A stretch of 64,000 nt of DNA from Leptospiraceae bacterium (lineage in GTDB: Bacteria; Spirochaetota; Leptospiria; Leptospirales; Leptonemataceae): positions 352,001-416,000 of the forward strand of contig JAVJNR010000005.1 in the NCBI GenBank assembly GCA_040217195.1, given 5' to 3'. Below are positions 30,357-40,400 of this stretch, in pieces (the stretch's first letter is position 1; the number at the start of each line of letters is the position of its first letter). The notes under the pieces are model-generated. The model worked only from the letters and a program-made list of their open reading frames with translations. It made no database searches and had not been told where the DNA came from. Both the position numbers and the translations under genes were made by a program.

Positions 30357-31816
30357 TTGCTCAACTCCTGCTTCAGTTCCATCACAACTTCCTGGTCCGA
30401 GAAGTGCCTTTTCTCTGTACCGTAGATCTGATAGTCTTCATGTCCTTTTCCGGCGATAAGCACGCAATAATGTCCCTTCTGGCTTTTCTGCGCAGACAAC
30501 AATGCATGACGAATTGCCTGGCGGCGATCTGCTATTTCTTGAATCTCTGCCGAACTAATCAGATCGGGCAGATCTCTGGCTTTCAGAATTGCCTGACGAA
30601 TCGAGGATGGGTCCTCTTTTCTCGGATTATCATCGGTAACAATTACATGTGTGGAAAGTTCCAGGGCAGCTCGACCCATCATCACCCTTTTGGAAGGGTC
30701 CCGATTCCCTCCACATCCGAAAACACAATACAGTCGATCATAGCCTCTGGCTCTCAGTTGCCACAGGATTCTATACAGTGCATCCGGAGTATGCGCATAG
30801 TCAATAATTGCATCCACTGAATCCGAAAACTGGATTCGATTCATTCTGCCTGGAACATCGGGCATGGATTCGAAAAGCGAATCGTCGAAAGGTAAGCCGC
30901 TGGCCTTCCAGGCAAGATTGGCATTCCTTTGATTGAAATCCACAGGAACGTTCAGTCTGAATTGCTGGAATTCATCCACTACCTGTATCTTTGTTCCATT
31001 TCTCTTAATGTATCTCTGAAGTTTCCTGGAATAGGCATCGTTTTCCGTTTTGGAAAGATCCTGAATAATTGCCTGGCCCTGGCTGCGAGCCAGCAACGTA
31101 AAAAGATGCACCTTGGCCATAAAGTACCGCTGCATGGTTCGATGATAGTCCAGATGATCCACGGATAGACCACAGAAAAGTGCCTGATGTAGTTGAATGG
31201 TTTCCAGCCGGCCAAGCGCCAGCGCCTCAGAACTTGCTTCCAGGGCCACCTTCTCAATACCCGCATCTTTCATCTTGCGAAGAAGTGCCAATAATTGATA
31301 ACTTCTGGGAGTGGTATAGCCGGTCTGAATCTGGGTTTCCATTCCGTTCTGAAATAATGTGGCGCCCAGAGTACCTATCACTCCACAGCTGAGCCCTGAC
31401 TGCTTCCAGGCATGATAAATCATTCTGGATATGCTGGTCTTACCGTTTGTACCTGTGACTGCGGTAATCTGGAGTTCATGATCCGGATGTTCATAGAAAA
31501 TTCCAGCAATTCTGGCAAGAATCCATTCCGGTAAGCTGCGAGCCGGCTTACTTCCGCAGAGTATGGCACTATGACTGGATTTTCGCAATTCCGGACTATC
31601 CAACATGGAGCGAGGTGCGATGATTAGTGCAGGTTTCCGCACAATGGCCGATTCCAGATGCTGAATCGATAGAGCCGTAATTGCAAAAACACTATTCTCG
31701 GTTAAATCCCGGCTATCATCCGTGATACAATCTACAGTTACATCTTCAATGGGGCCAACAACCTCAAAGAGGACTCCTTCCTGGCCCAGCCGATCCAGTA
31801 GATCTGCAAGTTTCAT
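30353..31816 (-). CDS. murE: UDP-MurNAc-L-Ala-D-Glu--meso-diaminopimelate ligase
   Basis: VTGTNGKTS, EASSEAL, DHLDYH, DYAHTPDA, FGCGGNRD, DNPR (DAP-specific motif), AGKGHEDYQ. Confidence 0.96.
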   Translation of the reverse strand: MKLADLLDRLGQEGVLFEVVGPIEDVTVDCITDDSRDLTENSVFAITALSIQHLESAIVRKPALIIAPRSMLDSPELRKSSHSAILCGSKPARSLPEWILARIAGIFYEHPDHELQITAVTGTNGKTSISRMIYHAWKQSGLSCGVIGTLGATLFQNGMETQIQTGYTTPRSYQLLALLRKMKDAGIEKVALEASSEALALGRLETIQLHQALFCGLSVDHLDYHRTMQRYFMAKVHLFTLLARSQGQAIIQDLSKTENDAYSRKLQRYIKRNGTKIQVVDEFQQFRLNVPVDFNQRNANLAWKASGLPFDDSLFESMPDVPGRMNRIQFSDSVDAIIDYAHTPDALYRILWQLRARGYDRLYCVFGCGGNRDPSKRVMMGRAALELSTHVIVTDDNPRKEDPSSIRQAILKARDLPDLISSAEIQEIADRRQAIRHALLSAQKSQKGHYCVLIAGKGHEDYQIYGTEKRHFSDQEVVMELKQELSN

Positions 31817-32265
31817 TCAAACCAATCCTTAAAATGCGAATCCTCTATACTCTGAGAGTCGATCGCCTCATCGGGTTTTATCTCGGATTCGTCGGATGAG
31901 GTGGTTGTAGAGTCCTGTCCAGAGTAGGACTTATCTTCTTCCGGCAAAAATTTGTAAAAATTTGAACCAGGTTCCAGCGCTTCCAAGTCTACATAGATGA
32001 TCGTATTGTCTTCGTAGAAAGGCAGTGCTCCATATAGCTTCCAGTAGATGGTTTCGAATCCTTCCCCTTCCAGTTTGGCAATCTCTGCTCGAATGGCAGA
32101 ATTCTTTCTTTCCCAATCCCGTTTTTCATATCTTGCCAGGCGAATCTCCCTTTCCAGTAAAGAAGCCTCGATATTCATTGCGATGTAAGCATAGATACCG
32201 GCAAAAAAGGCCAGGATGCCCAGTGCCATCGCCGGATACCTTAGCTTTATCTTCATTCTATTCAT
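31813..32265 (-). CDS. ftsL: FtsL-like cell division protein (TM + coiled coil, acidic tail)
   Basis: Lies between rsmH and murE with ATGA overlaps; one TM followed by a heptad-like helix. Confidence 0.55.
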   Translation of the reverse strand: MNRMKIKLRYPAMALGILAFFAGIYAYIAMNIEASLLEREIRLARYEKRDWERKNSAIRAEIAKLEGEGFETIYWKLYGALPFYEDNTIIYVDLEALEPGSNFYKFLPEEDKSYSGQDSTTTSSDESEIKPDEAIDSQSIEDSHFKDWFE

Positions 32266-33416
32266 CGAGGAATTATCCTCCGAATGGCGCGAAGCCTGGC
32301 AGACCTGGATGCAAGATTTATATCCTGTTCTTCTCTGGAGGGAGCCAATGATTTCTTTATTGCTTTTTCGAATTTCACCTCCCGGGGTTCTGGAGAAATC
32401 ATAGGAGCATCGTACCTAGAAACGGAATCGCCTGCCCCACAAAGTTCTGCGAAGCATCGTTTGATGATTCTATCTTCCAGGGAATGAAAGGTAATAATGG
32501 CAAGGATTCCTCCGGGTCGCAAAAAACTGGCCAGATGCCTGGCTGCCGCCTCTGCTTCCTCCAGTTCATTATTGACTGCAATTCGAAGAGCCTGAAAAGT
32601 TTTTCGGGCCGGATGCGGTCTGTTTCTAGGTCCCGGAATGGCCTTTGCGATAATCTCAGCGAGCTGCCTGGCGCTTTCCACAGGACGAGACTGTACAATC
32701 CTGTGAGCGATCTTTCGCGATGCTCGCTCTTCACCAAATTCGTAGATAAGATTGGCCAGGGCCTTCTCCGGCAGATTGTTTACCAGGTCTTGCGCGCTAT
32801 CATCAATGTTTGTATCAAGTCGCATATCCAGGGTGCTATCTTCGTAGGAAAATCCACGTTCGAATTCTTTGAGGTGTAGCATGGATATGCCAAGATCCAG
32901 TAAAGCAAAGTCCAATCCAATTTCTGCAGCGCCGTTCTGGATTTTTGAAATCTCATTATCAGAGGAAAACTGATTAAGACCTCCGGAGTTTTCTTCGGAA
33001 TCCTCTTGCGAGGTTCCTTCCGCGGTATCTTCGAATGGTCTTTCGGACTGCCAGTCCGGAGAAATCTCTGCAATTTGTGTATCTTCTGTATTTAGATTCG
33101 GCTGTGAATCGTTCAGAAAACTGGCCGGAATCTCCGAGGCCCGGCCATTGAACCAGAAAAAACGGGAATCATCCGGGTTCAGGCCAGCCTGCTGAAAATT
33201 CGTTCTGGCCCGGTTCAGCATCTGCTGATCGCGATCGCACAAAATCATTCTGGATTCAAGATAATGGCCGGCCAGGGATAGACTGTGGCCCCCGGCTCCA
33301 GTTGTGCCATCCACTATTCTGAACCCTTGCAGATTCTGCTGATTTATGTTTGTGAATGCCTGCTCCGCCAGAGAGAGCACCTCATTGAGCATCACCGGTT
33401 GATGACTGGCTTCCAT
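32262..33416 (-). CDS. rsmH: 16S rRNA m4C1402 methyltransferase RsmH, with an acidic insertion
   Basis: HQPVMLNEV, DGTTGAGGHS, DLGIS, LDMR, HPARKTFQALRIAVN, ITFHSLEDR, SRSARLR. Confidence 0.97.
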   Translation of the reverse strand: MEASHQPVMLNEVLSLAEQAFTNINQQNLQGFRIVDGTTGAGGHSLSLAGHYLESRMILCDRDQQMLNRARTNFQQAGLNPDDSRFFWFNGRASEIPASFLNDSQPNLNTEDTQIAEISPDWQSERPFEDTAEGTSQEDSEENSGGLNQFSSDNEISKIQNGAAEIGLDFALLDLGISMLHLKEFERGFSYEDSTLDMRLDTNIDDSAQDLVNNLPEKALANLIYEFGEERASRKIAHRIVQSRPVESARQLAEIIAKAIPGPRNRPHPARKTFQALRIAVNNELEEAEAAARHLASFLRPGGILAIITFHSLEDRIIKRCFAELCGAGDSVSRYDAPMISPEPREVKFEKAIKKSLAPSREEQDINLASRSARLRAIRRIIPR

Positions 33417-33423
33417 TGGCTAT

Positions 33424-35040
33424 TTAGATAATGCGATCGTACTGGTCGATTGCCTGATTCCATACTGGAATCCCGCAGAATCGATCGCCCTCCGGACAAT
33501 AAGGTGTGGTGCCTGCATCCTTTCGAAGTGCACAGGGAGCCAGAATCCATTGCACCAGTTCAGGATGAATCTTGCCGATCTGTTGTAGCTCCTGCACAGA
33601 GGCGCGAAAGATCTCTTCCTGGGCATTATAACAGGTCCGCGCTTTCCATTTATGGTGAAGATTCAACAAATCTCCGGATTCATAAAAGCGAATTGGAAAA
33701 GCATTGGGCAGTAGATAGGAAGCTTCTTCTTCGGTCCCTCCCGCATCCAGGAAATCGGAAATACCCGCAAATATCTCTTCCATGATTCGGCTATAATAAT
33801 CCAGGGCCACTTCGGATTTCTGAATCAATTCAGGCACAATGTAATCCGGCTTTCCGGTAAAATGCCTCATCAGTATTGGCCGCGATCCAGGCACCATTCT
33901 ATGCCTCTGGTCTTGAGAGTCCGCTGTATGCGATATCTTCTTTTGAAATGTATAGGATACATTGAATAACGCTCTGGTAATTCTAGACAGAGTACTCTCG
34001 TTTAAGGTGGAACCAAGATGATGATTCCTGGAAGGCCTGAGTACAAGCTCGATGGCTGCCTCGTTGGAAAGCTCCGACTCGGCAATCCCCAGAACTGCTC
34101 GCACAGCCTCTCCCACCACAACAGGAGCGTCGGTGGTGTAGCCGGCCAGCCTGGCAAACTTGCCTTCCATGCGATCATCGAACTCTTTCAGGAAATCTGA
34201 AGTAGTCTTTCGCTCATCCCTTTCTAGAAAGAACGATGCAAAGAACTGATACTCTGTGGTCTCTTCCAGGGGCATGGGATCAGCCATTTCCGCAGCATAG
34301 AGCGGATCCGCGGCTTCCACCTGCTCCCACATTCGCTCCACCAGAAGTCTGGCTTCTATAGGCACATCGCAGGCCTGGCAAAGTCTTCGATAGCGATGGA
34401 GCGTCAGGCCATTGATACTGTGATACAGATATGCATGAGTGGCCGTAGGAAGAACATATCTGGCCACTTCCATAGTTTTTTTATGGATGGAGTTTTTCCA
34501 TTTATCTGGTTTGCTCGCCCTGGCTCGAAATACCTGAAAGTATATGTTGGAGGCGGGCTCCTCCAGAAGATCCATTAAGTGGAAATAGGCATCGCAGGAT
34601 TTGCGAATCAGTGAATCATAGATGTCACTGGCTGCCTTTCTATCGCTACCAAAATGAGGATAGTGGAACTGATCTGGCTTTACCTCTACATATCTCTGCG
34701 AAACCTGCTCAGAGTTGTAATAAGGATGAGAATGCAGAAAACTCCAGATCAATTGCCTGCTAATGCGATCGATGGCAAAAATGAACTGCGGATGCTGCCT
34801 GGTGGTTAAATGTCCTGCTTTTAAAGTACTGTTCGCAATTCGATCTCTTAATGCCCTGGATTTATCGGTGGCAGATACCTGCTCCGGGTATACCAGACCT
34901 TTGGAAGAATAGCAGGTTCGGGCAGAACCTATGGACACATCGAATGGACTGGCAGTGGCATCCAGAAGCTGGACCACCGGTCCGGTGTCTACAGAGGCAG
35001 CGGCTGGGGACATAAGCCGACTCTGGCTGATGCCTGCCAT
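33424..35040 (-). CDS. thyX: FAD-dependent thymidylate synthase, two-domain (tandem Thy1) type
   Basis: SARTCYS, AGHLTTRQH, SQRY, ARYVLP in the first half; QRHR, YLLPNA, RTCYNAQEEI, CPEGDRFCG in the second. Start uncertain (35112/35061/35040). Confidence 0.85.
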   Translation of the reverse strand: MAGISQSRLMSPAAASVDTGPVVQLLDATASPFDVSIGSARTCYSSKGLVYPEQVSATDKSRALRDRIANSTLKAGHLTTRQHPQFIFAIDRISRQLIWSFLHSHPYYNSEQVSQRYVEVKPDQFHYPHFGSDRKAASDIYDSLIRKSCDAYFHLMDLLEEPASNIYFQVFRARASKPDKWKNSIHKKTMEVARYVLPTATHAYLYHSINGLTLHRYRRLCQACDVPIEARLLVERMWEQVEAADPLYAAEMADPMPLEETTEYQFFASFFLERDERKTTSDFLKEFDDRMEGKFARLAGYTTDAPVVVGEAVRAVLGIAESELSNEAAIELVLRPSRNHHLGSTLNESTLSRITRALFNVSYTFQKKISHTADSQDQRHRMVPGSRPILMRHFTGKPDYIVPELIQKSEVALDYYSRIMEEIFAGISDFLDAGGTEEEASYLLPNAFPIRFYESGDLLNLHHKWKARTCYNAQEEIFRASVQELQQIGKIHPELVQWILAPCALRKDAGTTPYCPEGDRFCGIPVWNQAIDQYDRII

Positions 35041-35195
35041 AGTGCAAACATTTCGTTTCATCCAGGGCCCGGTTTTCGTGGACAGTTTTCCGGCGGTGGC
35101 CGGACAGACCATGCAAATGCTGCCCCAAAAATCCGAATACTTTCACTGTTCCGAAAGAGCCTTAATTCGACTTCAATCTCACCTTTCAGCCCATT

Positions 35196-36902
35196 CTAGT
35201 TGTTTTCTGGATTTACCGAGAAGTAGCCCGTTAGATGGTGCACTGTGCCCGCTCCCTCAGCCGCCCGATGGGCGTAGTCTCGCAGAGCCTCGGCCTGCCG
35301 GGACAATTCCTCCTCTCGGTCAGCCAGACTACCTATAGATTTACTTAATTCTTGTGCTCCGGTTTTTTGTTCTCGCACGGACTCAAAGATCTGACCGGCA
35401 AAAAGGCTCACCTCCTGGCCTGCTTCAGAGATCCTTGAAATCTGTTGTGCCCCCTGATCCATATCCGAAAGGACTGCGCTGGACATTCCATCCATTCGTT
35501 CCACAGATTCTCTAATTCCATTAAAGAGACCGACCAGGCCTTTTACCTGCTCGGTGCCAGCCTGAACCTGCTTCGCGGTGCCCTCCAGGTGGCCGGCGAT
35601 CTCCTTGACCGATCCGGCCGTTTGCTCGGCAAGCCTGGAGATCTCTTCGGCAACAACGGCGAAGCCCCGACCCATTTCTCCAGCCCTGGCCGATTCGATG
35701 GATGCATTGAGAGAAAGTAGATTCACTCTTTCAGAAATACCTGTAATAATCTGAATGATTGATTGAATTTCCCGGGAGCTCTGAGCAATATTTTCCATGG
35801 CACCGGTAGTTTGCTGAACTCTGGCAGCACCATCGGATGCCACTTGCTGCGTTGCGCCTGTCTCTCCGGTGAGATTTTTTATTCGATTCAGAGCACCTTC
35901 CATACCAGTCTGCAGTGCCGTCAGGTTTTCGCTTATTGCCTCCATGTCGGTGGTCTGTCGATTGGCCAGCTCCGATATATTTTCCATACTAGAATCCAGC
36001 TCCGTAATGGCAGCAGACGATTCTTCGGTGGCAGCGGCCTGCATGGAAGCCCAATCGCTTACAATCTGCGCTGTTCGGATCAGCTCCGAGGAAAGCTCTT
36101 CCCAGATTTGAGTATTCGACTGAATTTGAAAGAGCAGCCCCCATTGATTGATAGCCAGGCTACGACCGGTAAATGAGGCATCCTGCGTTTCGGCACAGCA
36201 GCCGGCCAGAGATCGAAGTTCAGAAGCAGCATACAGGTTTCCACTAAGTATTTGCTGTAACCTTTGTGTGCTCTTTCTCAATTCGCTTCGCAGCCGTAAA
36301 ATAAATGTAAATAAGCTACTCATCCCCCCGATCACCAGGACAACTGCCAGGCCGGAAAGTAGATTGCGGTAAGGCTGGTCCAGCTCTGCGGCCAGTAGTG
36401 CAAGTGGAGCCGAGAGAATCAAAGGCAGGGAAATCCATGCTACCTTTGTAAGCATGCTGGCCGGTCCTCGCAGCAACCTCTTACCCGCTGCTTCACTCTT
36501 CCAGAAAGCGTCATAGAGCCTGGTTGCTCTGTAACGTTGCACATCAGTGGCAGCTTTTCGCACGGATATGTAGCCTACGATCTCCCCTTTCTGGTAAACC
36601 GGACTTACTGTGGCATCCACCCAGTAGAAATTACCGCTCTTCGCCCGGTTTTTGACGATATTGTTCCAGGTCTTCCCCTCCTTTACGGTATCCCAGAGAT
36701 TCTCAAAAACGGCCGGAGGAACATCTGGATGGCGAATCATGTTATGCGGCTGACCCACCATCTCCTCTACTTCAAACTCAGAAATCCGGGCAAAGTCCGA
36801 ACTGGCATATGTGATTTTACCCTTAAGATCTGTTCGCGAAATCAGTACATCTCCCGGACGGACAAAATTTTCTTCTTCGGTTATGGGAAGGTTCTTTTTC
36901 AT
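35196..36902 (-). CDS. Aer-like PAS-domain methyl-accepting chemotaxis protein
   Basis: [12 protein letters not shown]...[13 protein letters not shown]...[16 protein letters not shown]; hydrophobic hairpin; MCP core [27 protein letters not shown]. Confidence 0.93.
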   Translation of the reverse strand: MKKNLPITEEENFVRPGDVLISRTDLKGKITYASSDFARISEFEVEEMVGQPHNMIRHPDVPPAVFENLWDTVKEGKTWNNIVKNRAKSGNFYWVDATVSPVYQKGEIVGYISVRKAATDVQRYRATRLYDAFWKSEAAGKRLLRGPASMLTKVAWISLPLILSAPLALLAAELDQPYRNLLSGLAVVLVIGGMSSLFTFILRLRSELRKSTQRLQQILSGNLYAASELRSLAGCCAETQDASFTGRSLAINQWGLLFQIQSNTQIWEELSSELIRTAQIVSDWASMQAAATEESSAAITELDSSMENISELANRQTTDMEAISENLTALQTGMEGALNRIKNLTGETGATQQVASDGAARVQQTTGAMENIAQSSREIQSIIQIITGISERVNLLSLNASIESARAGEMGRGFAVVAEEISRLAEQTAGSVKEIAGHLEGTAKQVQAGTEQVKGLVGLFNGIRESVERMDGMSSAVLSDMDQGAQQISRISEAGQEVSLFAGQIFESVREQKTGAQELSKSIGSLADREEELSRQAEALRDYAHRAAEGAGTVHHLTGYFSVNPENN

Positions 36903-37477
36903 ATTTCTGAAGCTCCGGAGGATTTACCGGTATCATTTCCTATATTTTCTGCATAATTGACGGTCTCGTCATTATCACGAACGTAAATTTCTAAGGGGAT
37001 GACAATGACGGGACTTATCACCCTGGACGAAAATGAACAGATATTTTTTCCCGAACAATAGTTACCTTTCCAGAGTAGCCCAGGTGCACATCCTGCAGAG
37101 ATTTCTTGAAGCTCAAGGAGTATTTTCCATAGTATTAACTTTGCATGGCAAAATCTCAATCTATAGCCATTACCATATACTCCTACCGTCCAAATAAATA
37201 GGATACCTGGGTACAGTTTATACCATATTCTTTTCTGAAAAAATCTCTGGCTATACTGCACCACGACAGATGCGTATGCCCGGTCCGGGACCGCGATTGA
37301 TGCCCTTTTCCCGGGCACTGATAGCATATTGGATGGCTTTCCGAGACTCCGGCCCGATCCAGATCAATTAGTTTGAGAATCTAATAGGCACCCGAACCTT
37401 GAATCGGGCCAGAATCCTCTGGGCCAAGCTTCAAATTTTCGATAGACTGTGCAAGCACAGAGCATACAATTTCTGCA

Positions 37478-40400
37478 ATGCTGGATCCCAGAAGCTTACC
37501 GGGTTATGAATACCAGGAGTCCATTTATGAAGGTGCGGATTCACTGATCTACAGGGCCCGGCGATCCGCGGATAATTCCCCGGTCATTGTCAAGACAGGC
37601 CATGCAAGACAAATAGATACTGAATTCAGGGCCCGACTACGCAGAGAGTATTCCATCGGATCTTCGTTGCCCGGAGATATTGCTCCCTACCTGGATTTCA
37701 TTGAAACGGCCCAGGGACCGGCCCTGGTCATGCAGGAAACGGGAGGTATTCCTCTAAATCAATGGCAGCCATCCAGCTTAAAGGAAATGTTGGATGGAAT
37801 GCTTCGGGTTGCACTGGCTCTGGATACAGTGCATGAAGCCGGCATTGTTCACAGGGACATCAAACCACAAAACATTGTACTCGATGTAAAGAATCTTCAT
37901 CCAGCAATTATTGATTACGGAATTGCCTCCCATCTTTCTTCGCGTAACGATACGGCCCTGCAGGTAGGTCGGCTGGAAGGAACTCTGCTCTATATGGCTC
38001 CGGAGCAAACCGGACGCACGAATCGCAGAGTGGACCATCGCAGCGATCTGTATTCTCTGGGCGCTACCTTCTTTGAGCTTATCGCAGGAAATCCTCCTTA
38101 CCCGTTGAGAGATCCTCTGCAATTGATTCATGCCCATCTTGCCAGCGATTGTCCGGCAATTCAAAAAGACAGGGATGGCAATTTTGTCCCTGCTGTAGTT
38201 AGCGATATCATTCAAAAATTAATGAGTCGGGATCCAGATGCTCGATACCAGACAGCCATGGGCCTGGCCCAGGATCTCAAAAAATGCCTGGAATCGATTG
38301 AGGGAAAGAATCAGATTTCTCCCTTTCCCCTGGGAAGACTGGATTTTCCACGAGGACTAACAATTCCTCAGAAACTCTATGGCCGTAGTAGAGAGTTACA
38401 GCAAATCCAGCAATGCCTGGGTACGAATAGCGGTGCATCGCTGGTTCTGGTTACAGGTCCCTCCGGTTCAGGAAAGTCATCTCTTATCCAGGAGTTGCGC
38501 AGAGGTATTGCAGAAAGAAATGGATTCTTCCTACCTGGAAAATTTGAGCCAGACAAGAAAGATATACCGTACCATGCAATTGCCCAGGGACTGACGATTA
38601 TTGTCGAGAATCTGCTTTCGCGTAGCGCGGAATCGGTACAGCAATGGAAAGATCTTATCCTGGAACGATTGCGTGGAAACGGCCAAACCCTGCTGGAACT
38701 TGTGCCTACTTTGAGTCAATTGCTCGGCCCGCAGCCGGAACTATTGGAACTTAGCCCGGAAGAAGAGCGGGTTCGATTCAAGCTTACGATTCTAGGTTTC
38801 CTTTCTGCATTTGAGGATATGCCTCTGGTATTTGTTCTGGATGATCTGCAGTGGGCGGACCTGGCCTCTCTGGATCTAATGCAGGATCTACTGCTTGAAT
38901 CCGGTTCCAATCTTACGATACTGGGAACCTATCGAGATAACGAAGTCAATGAATTACATCCATTGAGCCGAGCCATGGAAAGCTACCGCCTGAATGGCAT
39001 CGAAACTCAAACGATTCAGCTTCAGCCCCTGGGTCCAAGGGACCTTCGCATGCTTCTTCTGGATACATTTCGCATGGATCCTGCAGATGATCAGGCAGAC
39101 GATGTAAATCAACTTGCGGATGCGCTCTACAAGAGAAGCGAAGGAAATCCATTTATTGCCCGGCAGTATCTGGAATCCGTTTACAACCGGGGCTGGATTC
39201 GTCAGGATCGAAGCAACGGTCACTGGCACATAGAACTGGCCCGCATTCGCACAGACGGACTTTCCGTATCTGCGGCGGAACTACTGGCCCTCAGAATTAC
39301 TGAACTGGATGATCTGAAAGCCACCATCGAAGCGGCAGCATGCCTGGGAAATCGATTCAGTTTACAGTTACTTTCCGGACTGATGGAGCAGGATGTTCTG
39401 CTCACCGTAAAGCAGCTTCAGGAATTGGCCACTCGAGACCTGGTCTATCCGCTAAACGAATCCTATAAATACGTGGGTCAGGAAAGCGATCGGCAGAGCA
39501 TAGAAAAGGTGCAGTACGGATTCTCCCATGATAGAATCCATGAAGCCGTGCTCAATCAGATACCGGCCAGCAAATCAGAGGAGTTGAACCTAAAAACCGC
39601 ACGGCTAATCCTGCGAGAATCAAATTTCCAGCAAATCCAGGAGAAGATTGGGACCCTGGTGGCCCATTATAATCGGGGCCGCAACCTGGTACAGGACGAT
39701 GATGAAAAGCTAAAAATCGCAGAGCTAAATGTTCAGGCTGGTCGCAGAGAAAGAAAAGCCAGCGCATACGATGAAGCGATCATTCATTTTGGAATTGCTC
39801 AGGACACTTTACACCAAAGATCCAAAAAGATTCCGGCAGAACTGAGACTGTCAATACTGCGAAACCTGGGCGAATGCGAATATCTGAATGGCCGCAAAGT
39901 AGTGGCCCAGGAGCATTTTGATCAGATACTGAAGGATTCCCGAAGTCTTCTTGAAAAACTCAAAGTCTATGAGTTCAAGATTGCCATTCTTTCCAGCGAT
40001 GGGCACCATGCGGAGGCGGTGGGTCTGGGGCTACAGGCATTGAAGAAAGCCGGTTATTCAGTTACAACGTTGAAAGAAGCGGCACGCAATAGCACCATCA
40101 AATCCAGGACCAAAAGCTCGCGCAAATTTCTGGATCTATACAGAAAGCGCAGAAAGAAGGAGCCTGATCCGGAATCCAGGCTAATCGCTAGAATTATGGC
40201 TCAGACCATTACTCCTGCATTCCTTACCCGGTCGGATCGATTGGACTCCCTGGTTTTTTCATTGCTGGATCTTAGTGAAAAAGATGGGCCATTCCCGGAA
40301 ACGTCTGTTGCCCTGGTTCTTCTGGGCATACTGAACTGCGAATATTTGCAGGACTATACTTCAGGCATGGAAATGGGTCAAATGGCTCAGGATCTTGTGG

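Noticed and set aside
8791..33115. Insertions in PheT, MurG and RsmH considered as inteins or Rickettsia-type coding palindromes
   Set aside because: No intein terminal motifs, too short, no shared DNA sequence and no palindromic structure.
36899..37327. 142-aa minus-strand ORF upstream of the Aer-like gene
   Set aside because: No recognisable motif and atypical composition; more likely a chance ORF in a promoter region, although its stop overlaps the MCP start, so it is not fully excluded.
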